Shown: positions 42,484 through 53,424 of the stretch, one piece after another
Position numbering within the stretch: the stretch's first letter is position 1
Layout of the letters: each line of letters starts with the position of its first letter
NCBI GenBank assembly: GCA_964019335.1
Contig: OZ025744.1
Location: forward strand, 186,001 to 250,000
Direction: 5' to 3'
Source of the DNA: Diplonema japonicum
Taxonomy: Eukaryota > Protista > Euglenozoa: Diplonemea
Length of the DNA: 64,000 nucleotides
Made by a program: the position numbers and the translations under genes
Notes under the pieces: generated by a model
The model's input: only the letters and a program-made list of their open reading frames with translations
Told to the model about the DNA's origin: nothing
Database searches by the model: none

Positions 42484-44973
42484 CTAACAAATCAGGGCAT
42501 CTTGCATGCCATATGGTTTGACTGCGTCTTCAACGTTCCCGCGAATAGTTTTCAGCTTTTCTGAGTACTTGAGGTACACCTCAGAGGTATCAGTGTAGCC
42601 CTCCAAGACCCCTTTCGCCCCATCCACATCCCCATCCATGAACAGCTTGTAACTAGCTTTGTACTTTGTGTGAGGGTCGCTGGCCTCCCCTTCTGCCATC
42701 TGGTACATCCACTCCTCCTCCTTCACCTCCTTCTCCCCAAGTGCCTCGTGAACAAGAAGGGTTTTGTCAGAGTGCTTCGGGAAGGAGAGGTGAAGAAGGG
42801 GCCTCGTGAAGGCCACGTTCGTCACCTCCTCGTGGGTTGTATTGTCCACTGCGATGTCCGCACCCTGCATCCTCGCCACCCGCTCCACGATGTGCACCCA
42901 CGACGCCAGCGACCCGACAAAAGTGAACTTCTTCATCCCATCACAACCCATGTTCCCACACTTCACTTCCCCAGAAGCAATCCCGATCGAGAACCGACCA
43001 AGAGAGGTGTTCCCTGTCAACGCACGTGAAAAGTTGTAAGCCGCCGCCCTGTAAGAAGAGCAGTTCCGCACACCGTTCCACGACACGTACAGCCTGTCCC
43101 CGCTGAAGCTGTCGGGTGTTCCTCGTGTTGCCTTCACGTGTAAAAGTGCTGCTGTCAGATACTCCGATATCTTCTTCAGAAACTCCCCGCTTTGCAGGAA
43201 GGACCGCATGTTGCAGGCCAGGAGTGTCACCTTCTTCGTCTTTGCTTCTGTTCCATAAAGTACATTCTGTTTTTGAGCCACTCTCAAGGAGTGGGATGTT
43301 CGCGATACGCGAGATTGCGTGGCTCCTGAACGGCTGTGATCTGTGGATTGTGCTTGCGTGCTGTCGCTTTCATCGCTAGTTGCCTGCAGAACAGAGGCCG
43401 GCATGTAGTTCCTGAACTCAACAAGGTTGTTGATCATCTGAAAGAAGCTGACCTGCATGAGCTGAACCTCTTGCAAAGTACTCAGTGGCCTCTCCCTGTC
43501 AACCTTCTCAAGGTCCATCACAGCCACCATCGCCATCTCGTTCTCCAGAATGAGAAGTGGTTCAATGATCTTCAGAACAAAGACAATGGACACCACAGTG
43601 AGGAGGACAGCGACGGCCACCACAAGCACGTACAGCACTGTGCGTGCCTTCTTCAGGTCGTCGTCCACCTTGCGCTCCGCATCGGAGATTGAAACACGCG
43701 TCTCTTCCAGTTTTCTATCAATCTCCCCCAAGATGTACGCCCTGTCGATCACGATGTGCACGTACCAGTCGATCCCGTGGCCGTTGTTCATGATCCCAAC
43801 CCTGTAGTAGAAGTCCTCTCCATCAGGTGCGTAGTCGGTGCTGATGTTCAGGATAACCGAGGTTTGATCTTGAGCTGTAAGTTCTGGGGTGACCTCTTGG
43901 GATAGTAATTCCCGTGCCACGCTAGATATGATGAGGTCGGAGCAGTTCACAGGGGGTATCAGAGAGATGCCGTCTTCGTTGCTTCCCGAAACGGTGCCGC
44001 GGGAGGTGGCGACGAGCATGCCGATGGGGTCGGGACCCATGTTGCTGCCTCTCACGGTGATGTACAACCTGCCTCTGGAGGGGTAAACGTCCACCGGACC
44101 ACCGATTTTGATGTTTTGCAAGAAGGTGCTGATGTGTCGGAGGTCGGCACCTGCAAAGACAACTCCCGTGCGGACCCCATTGTGGGTGATGGGGACAAAT
44201 GTGCTGCTTGCGAGATATGTTCCAAAAGAGATTGGCGGGGTCATGGAAGCCGTGTCCACTGGGAAATTATTGGCAAGTCCACCAAAGGATTCAATTCCGT
44301 CAAAATCTGACTGGCAGGGTCTGTCAGGGACCGTGCCGTTCGTTGGTACTGAGGTGTAGTTGCACATCGTCCAGTCCCAGAGTACGTCAGTCGCGGGATC
44401 GTTGTAAAAGAGGGGATCTCCTGTCCTGTTGTGAATGGCAGCGATAACAGTACGACCTGGCCCGCCCCAAGGGTGGCCGATACCGTAGTTGAAGGTAATC
44501 ACATGATCATGGTACTCGTCAGGGCCCCTTCGAAGCGTCTGGTAATTTTCGTAGTAAAACACTGAAACGTAGTTGTAGAAGAAGATACCCAGCCCGGTGT
44601 TTCCCTTCTCCAGGATACCTCTGTAACCCCAATAGTATCTTGCAAAATTATAGAAAGAAAAGTTTTTAACCTCGTCGTAAGGTCTTGCCATCACTTCCTC
44701 TGCCATGCCCAGCGCTGTCTGTCTTTGAGGTTCCATGAACTGCAGGAGGTAGTCGACGGTGCTGTTCATGAGAAGGTCGAGGTACTCGTCGGTTCTCTTC
44801 CTCACGCTGTCCTCGCCCACGGTGAAGGAGCTGTTCACAGAGGTGTCCCTCGAAGCCTTCGTGTCGTCGAGCGCCGTGTCGCTGCTGCTTATCGCGAGGA
44901 ACGTGCAGATAAACGCAGTGATCACGATGCACAGCAACACCAGCGCGATGTTCAGCACCTTGATGCTCGGCAT
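42484..44973 (-). CDS. Receptor cyclase-like protein, copy 5
   Basis: Same architecture and motifs. Confidence 0.85.
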   Translation of the reverse strand: MPSIKVLNIALVLLCIVITAFICTFLAISSSDTALDDTKASRDTSVNSSFTVGEDSVRKRTDEYLDLLMNSTVDYLLQFMEPQRQTALGMAEEVMARPYDEVKNFSFYNFARYYWGYRGILEKGNTGLGIFFYNYVSVFYYENYQTLRRGPDEYHDHVITFNYGIGHPWGGPGRTVIAAIHNRTGDPLFYNDPATDVLWDWTMCNYTSVPTNGTVPDRPCQSDFDGIESFGGLANNFPVDTASMTPPISFGTYLASSTFVPITHNGVRTGVVFAGADLRHISTFLQNIKIGGPVDVYPSRGRLYITVRGSNMGPDPIGMLVATSRGTVSGSNEDGISLIPPVNCSDLIISSVARELLSQEVTPELTAQDQTSVILNISTDYAPDGEDFYYRVGIMNNGHGIDWYVHIVIDRAYILGEIDRKLEETRVSISDAERKVDDDLKKARTVLYVLVVAVAVLLTVVSIVFVLKIIEPLLILENEMAMVAVMDLEKVDRERPLSTLQEVQLMQVSFFQMINNLVEFRNYMPASVLQATSDESDSTQAQSTDHSRSGATQSRVSRTSHSLRVAQKQNVLYGTEAKTKKVTLLACNMRSFLQSGEFLKKISEYLTAALLHVKATRGTPDSFSGDRLYVSWNGVRNCSSYRAAAYNFSRALTGNTSLGRFSIGIASGEVKCGNMGCDGMKKFTFVGSLASWVHIVERVARMQGADIAVDNTTHEEVTNVAFTRPLLHLSFPKHSDKTLLVHEALGEKEVKEEEWMYQMAEGEASDPHTKYKASYKLFMDGDVDGAKGVLEGYTDTSEVYLKYSEKLKTIRGNVEDAVKPYGMQDALIC

Positions 44974-46101
44974 TTTTTTTTTTTTTTTTTTTCTTTTCTT
45001 TTTTTATTCTTCTCTTTTTCCTCTTTCCTTAGGGTATTTGTAACCGTTTGCACCACGAGATGCATGCTGCCTAGAGAGTCACGGGCTCTTCTTCTGCGTT
45101 CCGCATCGTGTCCTTAATGCGTGCGGTGTGCTCAACCCTAGCCGGGGCGTCCCGGGTAACCAAGATTCTGCGCTCGTGCAGTTTGCTGCCTGTTCGTCAC
45201 CCTGAGCATCTGCGTTACGTTCTTCCACTCGGGCGCTACCGGTGATGACCGACGAGGAGGTCAACAGCGAACAACACATCTGATGTACTTCTTATATTTC
45301 CATGTTATCCCCACCACCCTTTAAAAAAAAAAAAAAAAAAAATATGAGTTAAAGGAAGTCTTTGTGAGACGCCCCCCTTTTTGTAACCCCGAAAAAAAAA
45401 AAAAAAAAACAATTAATTCTGGAAAGAAGCCCCCCCCCCCCCCCCCCCCCCCCCCGGAACCGGAAGTTTTTTACTTCCCGAATCATGGTTTATTTTCTCT
45501 TTTTTTTTGTAAGGGGGTTTTGTGATGCAAGGCCAGAATAGGCAAGTAGCTACTGCCGACATCCAGCATATCAGACCGGAAAAAGCCAGTATGCCAGAAA
45601 ACCTGATTGTCCCGTCGTCCCTGTGTCTGCTTGTCAGAACGAAGCCGTGCTGCTCGACGGCTACAACGTCAATGTACCCCTCTGCTTTGTAGATACATAT
45701 TTTTTTTTCCCCCTTTTTTTTTTTTTTTTTTTTTTAAAGCTACTTCAGGGGGACAGCTAGGGCAGGGTGGGCCCCAAACGGTGCTTGAAAAAGAAACGTC
45801 TGGAAGCTCCGGCGGTCCAGAAGTTTTTTTTTTTTTTTTTTTACTTCTTGTAATTTGTTTTGTAAGAAATTATTCTTTTTTAAGGTATACGCTTTTTTTT
45901 TTTTTTTTTTTTTTTTTTTTGCGCTCACCGGCCGTAAAAAAAAAAAGAAAAAAAAAAAAAAATACAAGGAAGATCATCCGCTTCCGAGCATTCTTCTTCC
46001 TTCCGGTGATTTTCGTATTACAGTAATAATAAAAATCACTAGTCCGCTCCCTGTGCGGTGTGGCCCACTGCAGCGAAACACAGGTTCCATAGCCTCCGTA
46101 T

Positions 46102-48591
46102 CTAACAAATCAGGGCATCTTGCATGCCATATGGTTTGACTGCGTCTTCAACGTTCCCGCGAATAGTTTTCAGCTTTTCTGAGTACTTGAGGTACACCTC
46201 AGAGGTATCAGTGTAGCCCTCCAAGACCCCTTTCGCCCCATCCACATCCCCATCCATGAACAGCTTGTAACTAGCTTTGTACTTTGTGTGAGGGTCGCTG
46301 GCCTCCCCTTCTGCCATCTGGTACATCCACTCCTCCTCCTTCACCTCCTTCTCCCCAAGTGCCTCGTGAACAAGAAGGGTTTTGTCAGAGTGCTTCGGGA
46401 AGGAGAGGTGAAGAAGGGGCCTCGTGAAGGCCACGTTCGTCACCTCCTCGTGGGTTGTATTGTCCACTGCGATGTCCGCACCCTGCATCCTCGCCACCCG
46501 CTCCACGATGTGCACCCACGACGCCAGCGACCCGACAAAAGTGAACTTCTTCATCCCATCACAACCCATGTTCCCACACTTCACTTCCCCAGAAGCAATC
46601 CCGATCGAGAACCGACCAAGAGAGGTGTTCCCTGTCAACGCACGTGAAAAGTTGTAAGCCGCCGCCCTGTAAGAAGAGCAGTTCCGCACACCGTTCCACG
46701 ACACGTACAGCCTGTCCCCGCTGAAGCTGTCGGGTGTTCCTCGTGTTGCCTTCACGTGTAAAAGTGCTGCTGTCAGATACTCCGATATCTTCTTCAGAAA
46801 CTCCCCGCTTTGCAGGAAGGACCGCATGTTGCAGGCCAGGAGTGTCACCTTCTTCGTCTTTGCTTCTGTTCCATAAAGTACATTCTGTTTTTGAGCCACT
46901 CTCAAGGAGTGGGATGTTCGCGATACGCGAGATTGCGTGGCTCCTGAACGGCTGTGATCTGTGGATTGTGCTTGCGTGCTGTCGCTTTCATCGCTAGTTG
47001 CCTGCAGAACAGAGGCCGGCATGTAGTTCCTGAACTCAACAAGGTTGTTGATCATCTGAAAGAAGCTGACCTGCATGAGCTGAACCTCTTGCAAAGTACT
47101 CAGTGGCCTCTCCCTGTCAACCTTCTCAAGGTCCATCACAGCCACCATCGCCATCTCGTTCTCCAGAATGAGAAGTGGTTCAATGATCTTCAGAACAAAG
47201 ACAATGGACACCACAGTGAGGAGGACAGCGACGGCCACCACAAGCACGTACAGCACTGTGCGTGCCTTCTTCAGGTCGTCGTCCACCTTGCGCTCCGCAT
47301 CGGAGATTGAAACACGCGTCTCTTCCAGTTTTCTATCAATCTCCCCCAAGATGTACGCCCTGTCGATCACGATGTGCACGTACCAGTCGATCCCGTGGCC
47401 GTTGTTCATGATCCCAACCCTGTAGTAGAAGTCCTCTCCATCAGGTGCGTAGTCGGTGCTGATGTTCAGGATAACCGAGGTTTGATCTTGAGCTGTAAGT
47501 TCTGGGGTGACCTCTTGGGATAGTAATTCCCGTGCCACGCTAGATATGATGAGGTCGGAGCAGTTCACAGGGGGTATCAGAGAGATGCCGTCTTCGTTGC
47601 TTCCCGAAACGGTGCCGCGGGAGGTGGCGACGAGCATGCCGATGGGGTCGGGACCCATGTTGCTGCCTCTCACGGTGATGTACAACCTGCCTCTGGAGGG
47701 GTAAACGTCCACCGGACCACCGATTTTGATGTTTTGCAAGAAGGTGCTGATGTGTCGGAGGTCGGCACCTGCAAAGACAACTCCCGTGCGGACCCCATTG
47801 TGGGTGATGGGGACAAATGTGCTGCTTGCGAGATATGTTCCAAAAGAGATTGGCGGGGTCATGGAAGCCGTGTCCACTGGGAAATTATTGGCAAGTCCAC
47901 CAAAGGATTCAATTCCGTCAAAATCTGACTGGCAGGGTCTGTCAGGGACCGTGCCGTTCGTTGGTACTGAGGTGTAGTTGCACATCGTCCAGTCCCAGAG
48001 TACGTCAGTCGCGGGATCGTTGTAAAAGAGGGGATCTCCTGTCCTGTTGTGAATGGCAGCGATAACAGTACGACCTGGCCCGCCCCAAGGGTGGCCGATA
48101 CCGTAGTTGAAGGTAATCACATGATCATGGTACTCGTCAGGGCCCCTTCGAAGCGTCTGGTAATTTTCGTAGTAAAACACTGAAACGTAGTTGTAGAAGA
48201 AGATACCCAGCCCGGTGTTTCCCTTCTCCAGGATACCTCTGTAACCCCAATAGTATCTTGCAAAATTATAGAAAGAAAAGTTTTTAACCTCGTCGTAAGG
48301 TCTTGCCATCACTTCCTCTGCCATGCCCAGCGCTGTCTGTCTTTGAGGTTCCATGAACTGCAGGAGGTAGTCGACGGTGCTGTTCATGAGAAGGTCGAGG
48401 TACTCGTCGGTTCTCTTCCTCACGCTGTCCTCGCCCACGGTGAAGGAGCTGTTCACAGAGGTGTCCCTCGAAGCCTTCGTGTCGTCGAGCGCCGTGTCGC
48501 TGCTGCTTATCGCGAGGAACGTGCAGATAAACGCAGTGATCACGATGCACAGCAACACCAGCGCGATGTTCAGCACCTTGATGCTCGGCAT
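46102..48591 (-). CDS. Receptor cyclase-like protein, copy 6 (identical to copy 5)
   Basis: Identical translation to 42484-44973. Confidence 0.85.
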   Translation of the reverse strand: MPSIKVLNIALVLLCIVITAFICTFLAISSSDTALDDTKASRDTSVNSSFTVGEDSVRKRTDEYLDLLMNSTVDYLLQFMEPQRQTALGMAEEVMARPYDEVKNFSFYNFARYYWGYRGILEKGNTGLGIFFYNYVSVFYYENYQTLRRGPDEYHDHVITFNYGIGHPWGGPGRTVIAAIHNRTGDPLFYNDPATDVLWDWTMCNYTSVPTNGTVPDRPCQSDFDGIESFGGLANNFPVDTASMTPPISFGTYLASSTFVPITHNGVRTGVVFAGADLRHISTFLQNIKIGGPVDVYPSRGRLYITVRGSNMGPDPIGMLVATSRGTVSGSNEDGISLIPPVNCSDLIISSVARELLSQEVTPELTAQDQTSVILNISTDYAPDGEDFYYRVGIMNNGHGIDWYVHIVIDRAYILGEIDRKLEETRVSISDAERKVDDDLKKARTVLYVLVVAVAVLLTVVSIVFVLKIIEPLLILENEMAMVAVMDLEKVDRERPLSTLQEVQLMQVSFFQMINNLVEFRNYMPASVLQATSDESDSTQAQSTDHSRSGATQSRVSRTSHSLRVAQKQNVLYGTEAKTKKVTLLACNMRSFLQSGEFLKKISEYLTAALLHVKATRGTPDSFSGDRLYVSWNGVRNCSSYRAAAYNFSRALTGNTSLGRFSIGIASGEVKCGNMGCDGMKKFTFVGSLASWVHIVERVARMQGADIAVDNTTHEEVTNVAFTRPLLHLSFPKHSDKTLLVHEALGEKEVKEEEWMYQMAEGEASDPHTKYKASYKLFMDGDVDGAKGVLEGYTDTSEVYLKYSEKLKTIRGNVEDAVKPYGMQDALIC

Positions 48592-49168
48592 TTTTTTTTT
48601 TTTTTTTTTTCTTTTCTTTTTTTATTCTTCTCTTTTTCCTCTTTCCTTAGGGTATTTGTAACCGTTTGCACCACGAGATGCATGCTGCCTAGAGAGTCAC
48701 GGGCTCTTCCTGGGCTCTGCCCATACGCCAGACGGTCCCCTTGCAGGGTTGGTTTACATGATGAAGGCAACGGGAATAAAATAAAAACAACGTTAAGTGT
48801 AAAGTGTGGATGAGTGTTCGGAAGGAAAAGCGGAATGTCCAGTGGAAACTGGCTTCAAGACGGAAAACTCTTTTTTCTCTCTTTTTCTTTCTTTTTTTTT
48901 TTAAAATTCCATCGTTTTGTCTGGTTGCCCTGGCAACTCTCTCCCACAAGTTTTGCAAACGTTCCGACACTTTCTTTTTTTAAACACTGTCCTTTTTGGG
49001 GATCGGGGATGGGGTCTCCAATAAAATCGTGAGTGTCACAGCCGCTCTGAACGGCATGCTGCTTCGGCACGTGAGGCTGAATAAAAAAAAAAGCAACGTT
49101 GATGAAGTGAAAGAGTTCACAAGAAAAGCTGAATGTCCAGTGGAAACTGCATTCAAGACGGAGATCAC

Positions 49169-51658
49169 TCAGCTAACTAATGGGTCAAAGGTTCCATGAG
49201 GCTCGCAGACCTGTGGGTCCTTTGTGGCCCTATTTAACTTCTCCTTGTATTTCGTCACCACTTCAGAGGAGTCGGAGTAGCCCTCCAAGGCCCCTTTCGC
49301 CCCATCCACATCCCCATCCATGAACAGCTTGTAACTAGCTGTGTACTTTGTGTGAATGTCGCTGGCCTCCCCTTCTGCCATCTGGTACATCCACTCCTCC
49401 TCCTTCACCTCCTTCTCCCCAAGTGCCTCGTGAACGAGAAGCGTCTTATTGCAGTGCTTCGGGAAGGAGAGGTGAAGGAGGGGCCTCGTGAAGGCCACGT
49501 TCGTCACCTCCTCGTGGGTCGTGTTGTCCACTGCGATGTCCGCACCCTGCATCCTCGCCACCCGCTCCACGATGTGCACCCACGACGCCAGCGACCCGAC
49601 AAAAGTGAACTTCTTCATCCCATCACAACCCATGTTCCCACACTTCACTTCCCCAGAAGCAATCCCGATCGAGAACCGACCAAGAGAGGTGTTCCCTGTC
49701 AACGCACGTGAAAAGTTGTAAGCCGCCGCCCTGTAAGAAGAGCAGTTCCGCACACCGTTCCACGACACGTACAGCCTGTCCCCGCTGAAGCTGTCGGGTG
49801 TTCCTTTCAGTGTTTTCACGTGCACAAGTGCCGTTGACAGGTAGTCCGATATCTTCTTCAGAACCTCCACTTGGTCAGAAAGGAAGGACCTCATGTTGCA
49901 GGCCAGGAGTGTCACCCTCTTCATTTTCACTTCGGTCCCAAGGAGAACCTTTCGCTTCTGTAAACTCATTGATCCAGAAGCATGCGAGACATGAGATCGA
50001 CTGGCAGCACGCGATACTGTAGTCGCACTAGAGCAAGGAGCGTCGCTTTCTTCATCGCTAGTTGCCTGCAGAACAGAGGCCGGCATGTAGTTCCTGAACT
50101 CAACAAGGTTGTTGATCATCTGAAAGAAGCTGACCTGCATGAGACGGACCTCCACCAAGGCACTCAGTGGCCTCTCCCTGTCAACCCTCTCAAGGTCCAT
50201 CACAGCCACCATCGCCATCTCGTTCTCCAGAATGAGAAGTGGTTCAATGATCTTCAGAACAAAGACAATGGACAACACAGTGAGGAGGACAGCAACGGCC
50301 ACCACAAGCACGTACAGCACTGTGCGTGCCTTCTTCAGGTCGTCGTCCACCTTGCGCTCCGCATCGGAGATTGAAACACGTGTCTCTTCCAGTTTTCTAT
50401 CAATCTCCCCCAAGATGTACGCCCTGTCGATCACGATGTGCACGTACCAGTCGATCCCGTAGCCGTTGTTCATGATCCCAACCCTGTAGTAGAAGTCCTC
50501 TCCTTCAGGTGCGTAGTCGGTGCTGATGTTCAGGACGACTAAAGAGTGTTGTTGTGCAGTCGCCTCCACATCCACGCTTTGCTCCGCCACCTCGATCACC
50601 ACGCTTTTAATGATGGGATCGGTGCTTTTGATGGGAGGGAAGGCCTGCAGGAACTCGTTTTCGTCGAGCTCAGCAACTTTACCACGGGAGGCGGCAACGA
50701 ACAGCCCGACAAAGCTGGGACCCAAGATGCTGCCTCTCACGGTGATGTACAACCTGCCTCTGGAGGGATGGCCGCCAACAGGCCCGCCTATCTTCTGCGA
50801 TTCGAGGAACCTGCCAATGATGTACAGATCAGCCCCTGCAAACACGAAACCACTAATGACACCGTCGTGAATAATAGGCATCATGGTGGAGCTGGTGATA
50901 TAGACCTTGTAGCTCATGGGTGGGAGGGTGCTGGGGCGGCCAGGGGGGATGGCACGAGTAAGAGGACCGAAGAGAGCCAAGCCATTGAACCCCGCAGCAC
51001 AAGGATGTGTTGGGATTGATCCGTTGGTAGTAAGATCGGTTTTGTTGCAATTCCCAGGCACCCACGTACGTACATGGCTGGCGGGGTTCTCCAAAAAGGG
51101 TCGTCCCGTTGTCTCGTTTATGGAGGTTAAGATAGCTGGCCGATCTCCCCCCCAGGGGTGCCCATCTTCGTAATGAAATATTTGTTGGTACACATGGTAC
51201 TCGTCAGGCCCCCGAAGCATTGTTTCATCATCTTCAACATAAAAAATAGACATTCTGTTGACGAAAAATACCCCAAGATTGGTGTTCCCCGTGCTGAAGA
51301 GGTCTCTGAAGGTGAAGTAGTACCTTGCTTGGTTGTGCCAAGCGTGTTTGTTCACGACCTCGAGGGGGTGAGCCATGATTTCTTTGGCGATGCCATGAAC
51401 CGCTAGTCTTTGAGGTTCCATGAACTGCAGAAGGTAGTCGACGGTGCTGTTCATGAGAAGGTCGAGGTACTCGTCGGTTCTCTTCCTCACGCTGTCCTCG
51501 CCCACGGTGAAGGAGCTGTTCACAGAGGTGTCCCTCGAAGCCTTCGTGTCGTCGAGCGCCGTGTCGCTGCTGCTTATCGCGAGGAACGTGCAGATAAACG
51601 CAGTGATCACGATGCACAGCAACACCAGCGCGATGTTCAGCACCTTGATGCTCGGCAT
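49169..51658 (-). CDS. Receptor cyclase-like protein, copy 7
   Basis: Same architecture and motifs. Confidence 0.85.
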   Translation of the reverse strand: MPSIKVLNIALVLLCIVITAFICTFLAISSSDTALDDTKASRDTSVNSSFTVGEDSVRKRTDEYLDLLMNSTVDYLLQFMEPQRLAVHGIAKEIMAHPLEVVNKHAWHNQARYYFTFRDLFSTGNTNLGVFFVNRMSIFYVEDDETMLRGPDEYHVYQQIFHYEDGHPWGGDRPAILTSINETTGRPFLENPASHVRTWVPGNCNKTDLTTNGSIPTHPCAAGFNGLALFGPLTRAIPPGRPSTLPPMSYKVYITSSTMMPIIHDGVISGFVFAGADLYIIGRFLESQKIGGPVGGHPSRGRLYITVRGSILGPSFVGLFVAASRGKVAELDENEFLQAFPPIKSTDPIIKSVVIEVAEQSVDVEATAQQHSLVVLNISTDYAPEGEDFYYRVGIMNNGYGIDWYVHIVIDRAYILGEIDRKLEETRVSISDAERKVDDDLKKARTVLYVLVVAVAVLLTVLSIVFVLKIIEPLLILENEMAMVAVMDLERVDRERPLSALVEVRLMQVSFFQMINNLVEFRNYMPASVLQATSDEESDAPCSSATTVSRAASRSHVSHASGSMSLQKRKVLLGTEVKMKRVTLLACNMRSFLSDQVEVLKKISDYLSTALVHVKTLKGTPDSFSGDRLYVSWNGVRNCSSYRAAAYNFSRALTGNTSLGRFSIGIASGEVKCGNMGCDGMKKFTFVGSLASWVHIVERVARMQGADIAVDNTTHEEVTNVAFTRPLLHLSFPKHCNKTLLVHEALGEKEVKEEEWMYQMAEGEASDIHTKYTASYKLFMDGDVDGAKGALEGYSDSSEVVTKYKEKLNRATKDPQVCEPHGTFDPLVS

Positions 51659-52787
51659 TTTTATTTATTTTATTTTATTTTTTTTTGGTTTTGTTCGTTC
51701 TACTTGCTTGTGCATTTTTTTTTTTTTTTAAACTTTTTAAAGAACGATGCACTAGATACTTATAGTACTTGGCTACAGACTGCTACTAGTTTGCTACGAG
51801 TTTGGTTGGAGAAAAGCACTCTCGGACACAGGGCCAAGATTTTTCCGAAGCCTATTTTTTCTGTACAGGGCGATTTTTAACATGCCAAATAGGGCCAAGA
51901 TTTTTCCGCTCGATCTTTGGGGAAAAGAAAAAAATGGTCGTTAAGTGAATGAAGAAAATGACGAAAGAGCGTACAAAGGAAAAGAAAGCATAGTATCCAG
52001 GGTTAACCGATCACCCGCGGGTTTTTAATTACAATCGGGTTTTAAATTGACGTCAAATGAAAGGCGAGCATGCAACCATGCTTAAAACCCTTATATTCGT
52101 ATCCCGGGCCCCCCAGATACACAAAGCCGGCCCCAGGGAGCATCAAAACGACTTAGAAAAGGATTATTTTCTCGAAAAGCTGTTTTTTCGCTTTTTTTGA
52201 CGGGTTTTTAATTAAAAGCGAAAAAACAAAAAAAATCGAAAATCAAAAATTAAAACAGGAGGAGAGCATGCAATCATGCTTAAAACCCTTCGTTTCATCC
52301 CCCGGGCCCCCCAGATACACAAAGCCGACCCCAGGGAGCATCAAAATGACATAGAAAAGGATTATTTTCCCGAAAAGCTGGTGCTTCCCTGTTTCAGGCA
52401 GGATCCTAATTGGGAGCGAAATCAAAAGTCAATAATTAAAACGGGAGGAGAGCACGCAACCATGCATATAATAACCCTTTTATTCGTCCCCCGGGCCCCC
52501 CAGATACACAAAGCCGACCCCAGGGAGCATCAAAACGACTTAGAAAAGGATTATTTTCCCGAAAGGCTGTTTTCCCGCTTTTTTTTTGGCGGTTTTTCTT
52601 CTTTTTTCTGTTTAAATAGGAGCGAAATCAAAAATCAATAATTAGAACGGGAGGAGAGCATGCAACCATACTTATAACCCTTCTATTCGTCTCCCGGACC
52701 TCCCAGGTACACAACGCCTGCATCGAAACAACTTAGAAAAGGATTATTTTCCCGAAAATCGGCATTCTCCCTGTTTTTGGCGGGTTT

Positions 52788-53081
52788 TTAACTGGGCACG
52801 AAAGTCAATAATGAAAAACATTGAAACTTGAACGGGAAGTAGCAACGCACAAAGTAAGGGGGCGCCTTGAAAAGCTCCATGGGACACACGGAAGCGTTCT
52901 TAGCCTTGTCAGCAGCGATCCTGCTAGCAAGTGTGCCCTTGGTGCCGTAGGAGCTTAATTTCCTCCTTTTGGCATGGGCCACCAGCTGGTCCCTGCTCTT
53001 CTCCAAGAGCTGAGTCTTGTATCGCACCTCTGAAGAAGTCACAGATTCTTCAGAAGAGGAAGAGGAACAAGTGTCGGACAT
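52788..53081 (-). CDS. SAP-domain ORF inside the TIR element; probably truncated or spliced
   Basis: LLEKSRDQLVAHAKRRKLSSYGTKGTLASRIAA fits the SAP consensus (L...L+...L...G.K..L..R+). Confidence 0.55.
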   Translation of the reverse strand: MSDTCSSSSSEESVTSSEVRYKTQLLEKSRDQLVAHAKRRKLSSYGTKGTLASRIAADKAKNASVCPMELFKAPPYFVRCYFPFKFQCFSLLTFVPS

Positions 53082-53133
53082 TTTATCCTAAAAAAAAGTA
53101 TTTGGGGTGAGTTCTTACGAAAATAATAAAAAA

Positions 53134-53424
53134 GTCCGAAAACCAGTTTTTTCAAAACTGCATTTAAGGCCTTAAATAAGGCTCTATTTTGGGTTTTGAT
53201 GGCTGGAATGGGCTCAGATCGTCAAAATAGGGTTTTTAGAAAAAAGAATTTTTTGAGCATGGTCTTGGTATTTTTTGCAGAAATATGGGTTTTGGATCGA
53301 TCAAACCGATTTTTTTTTTCAAAAACCCTATTTTGACGATCTGAGCCCATTCCAGCCATTAAAACCCAAAATAGAGCCTTATTTAAGGCCTTAAATGCAG
53401 TTTTGAAAAAACTGGTTTTCAGAC
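53134..53424. repeat. Long inverted repeat (~110-bp arms, ~65-bp spacer)
   Basis: GAAAACCAGTTTTTTCAAAACTGCATTTAAGGCC...AATAGGGTTTTT mirrored almost perfectly. Confidence 0.9.

Larger units (their letters stand above)
41471..48709. repeat. Near-perfect ~3.6-kb tandem duplication (41471-45091 / 45088-48709)
   Basis: CDSs offset by 3618 bp with identical proteins; CTTC microhomology at the junction. Confidence 0.92.
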
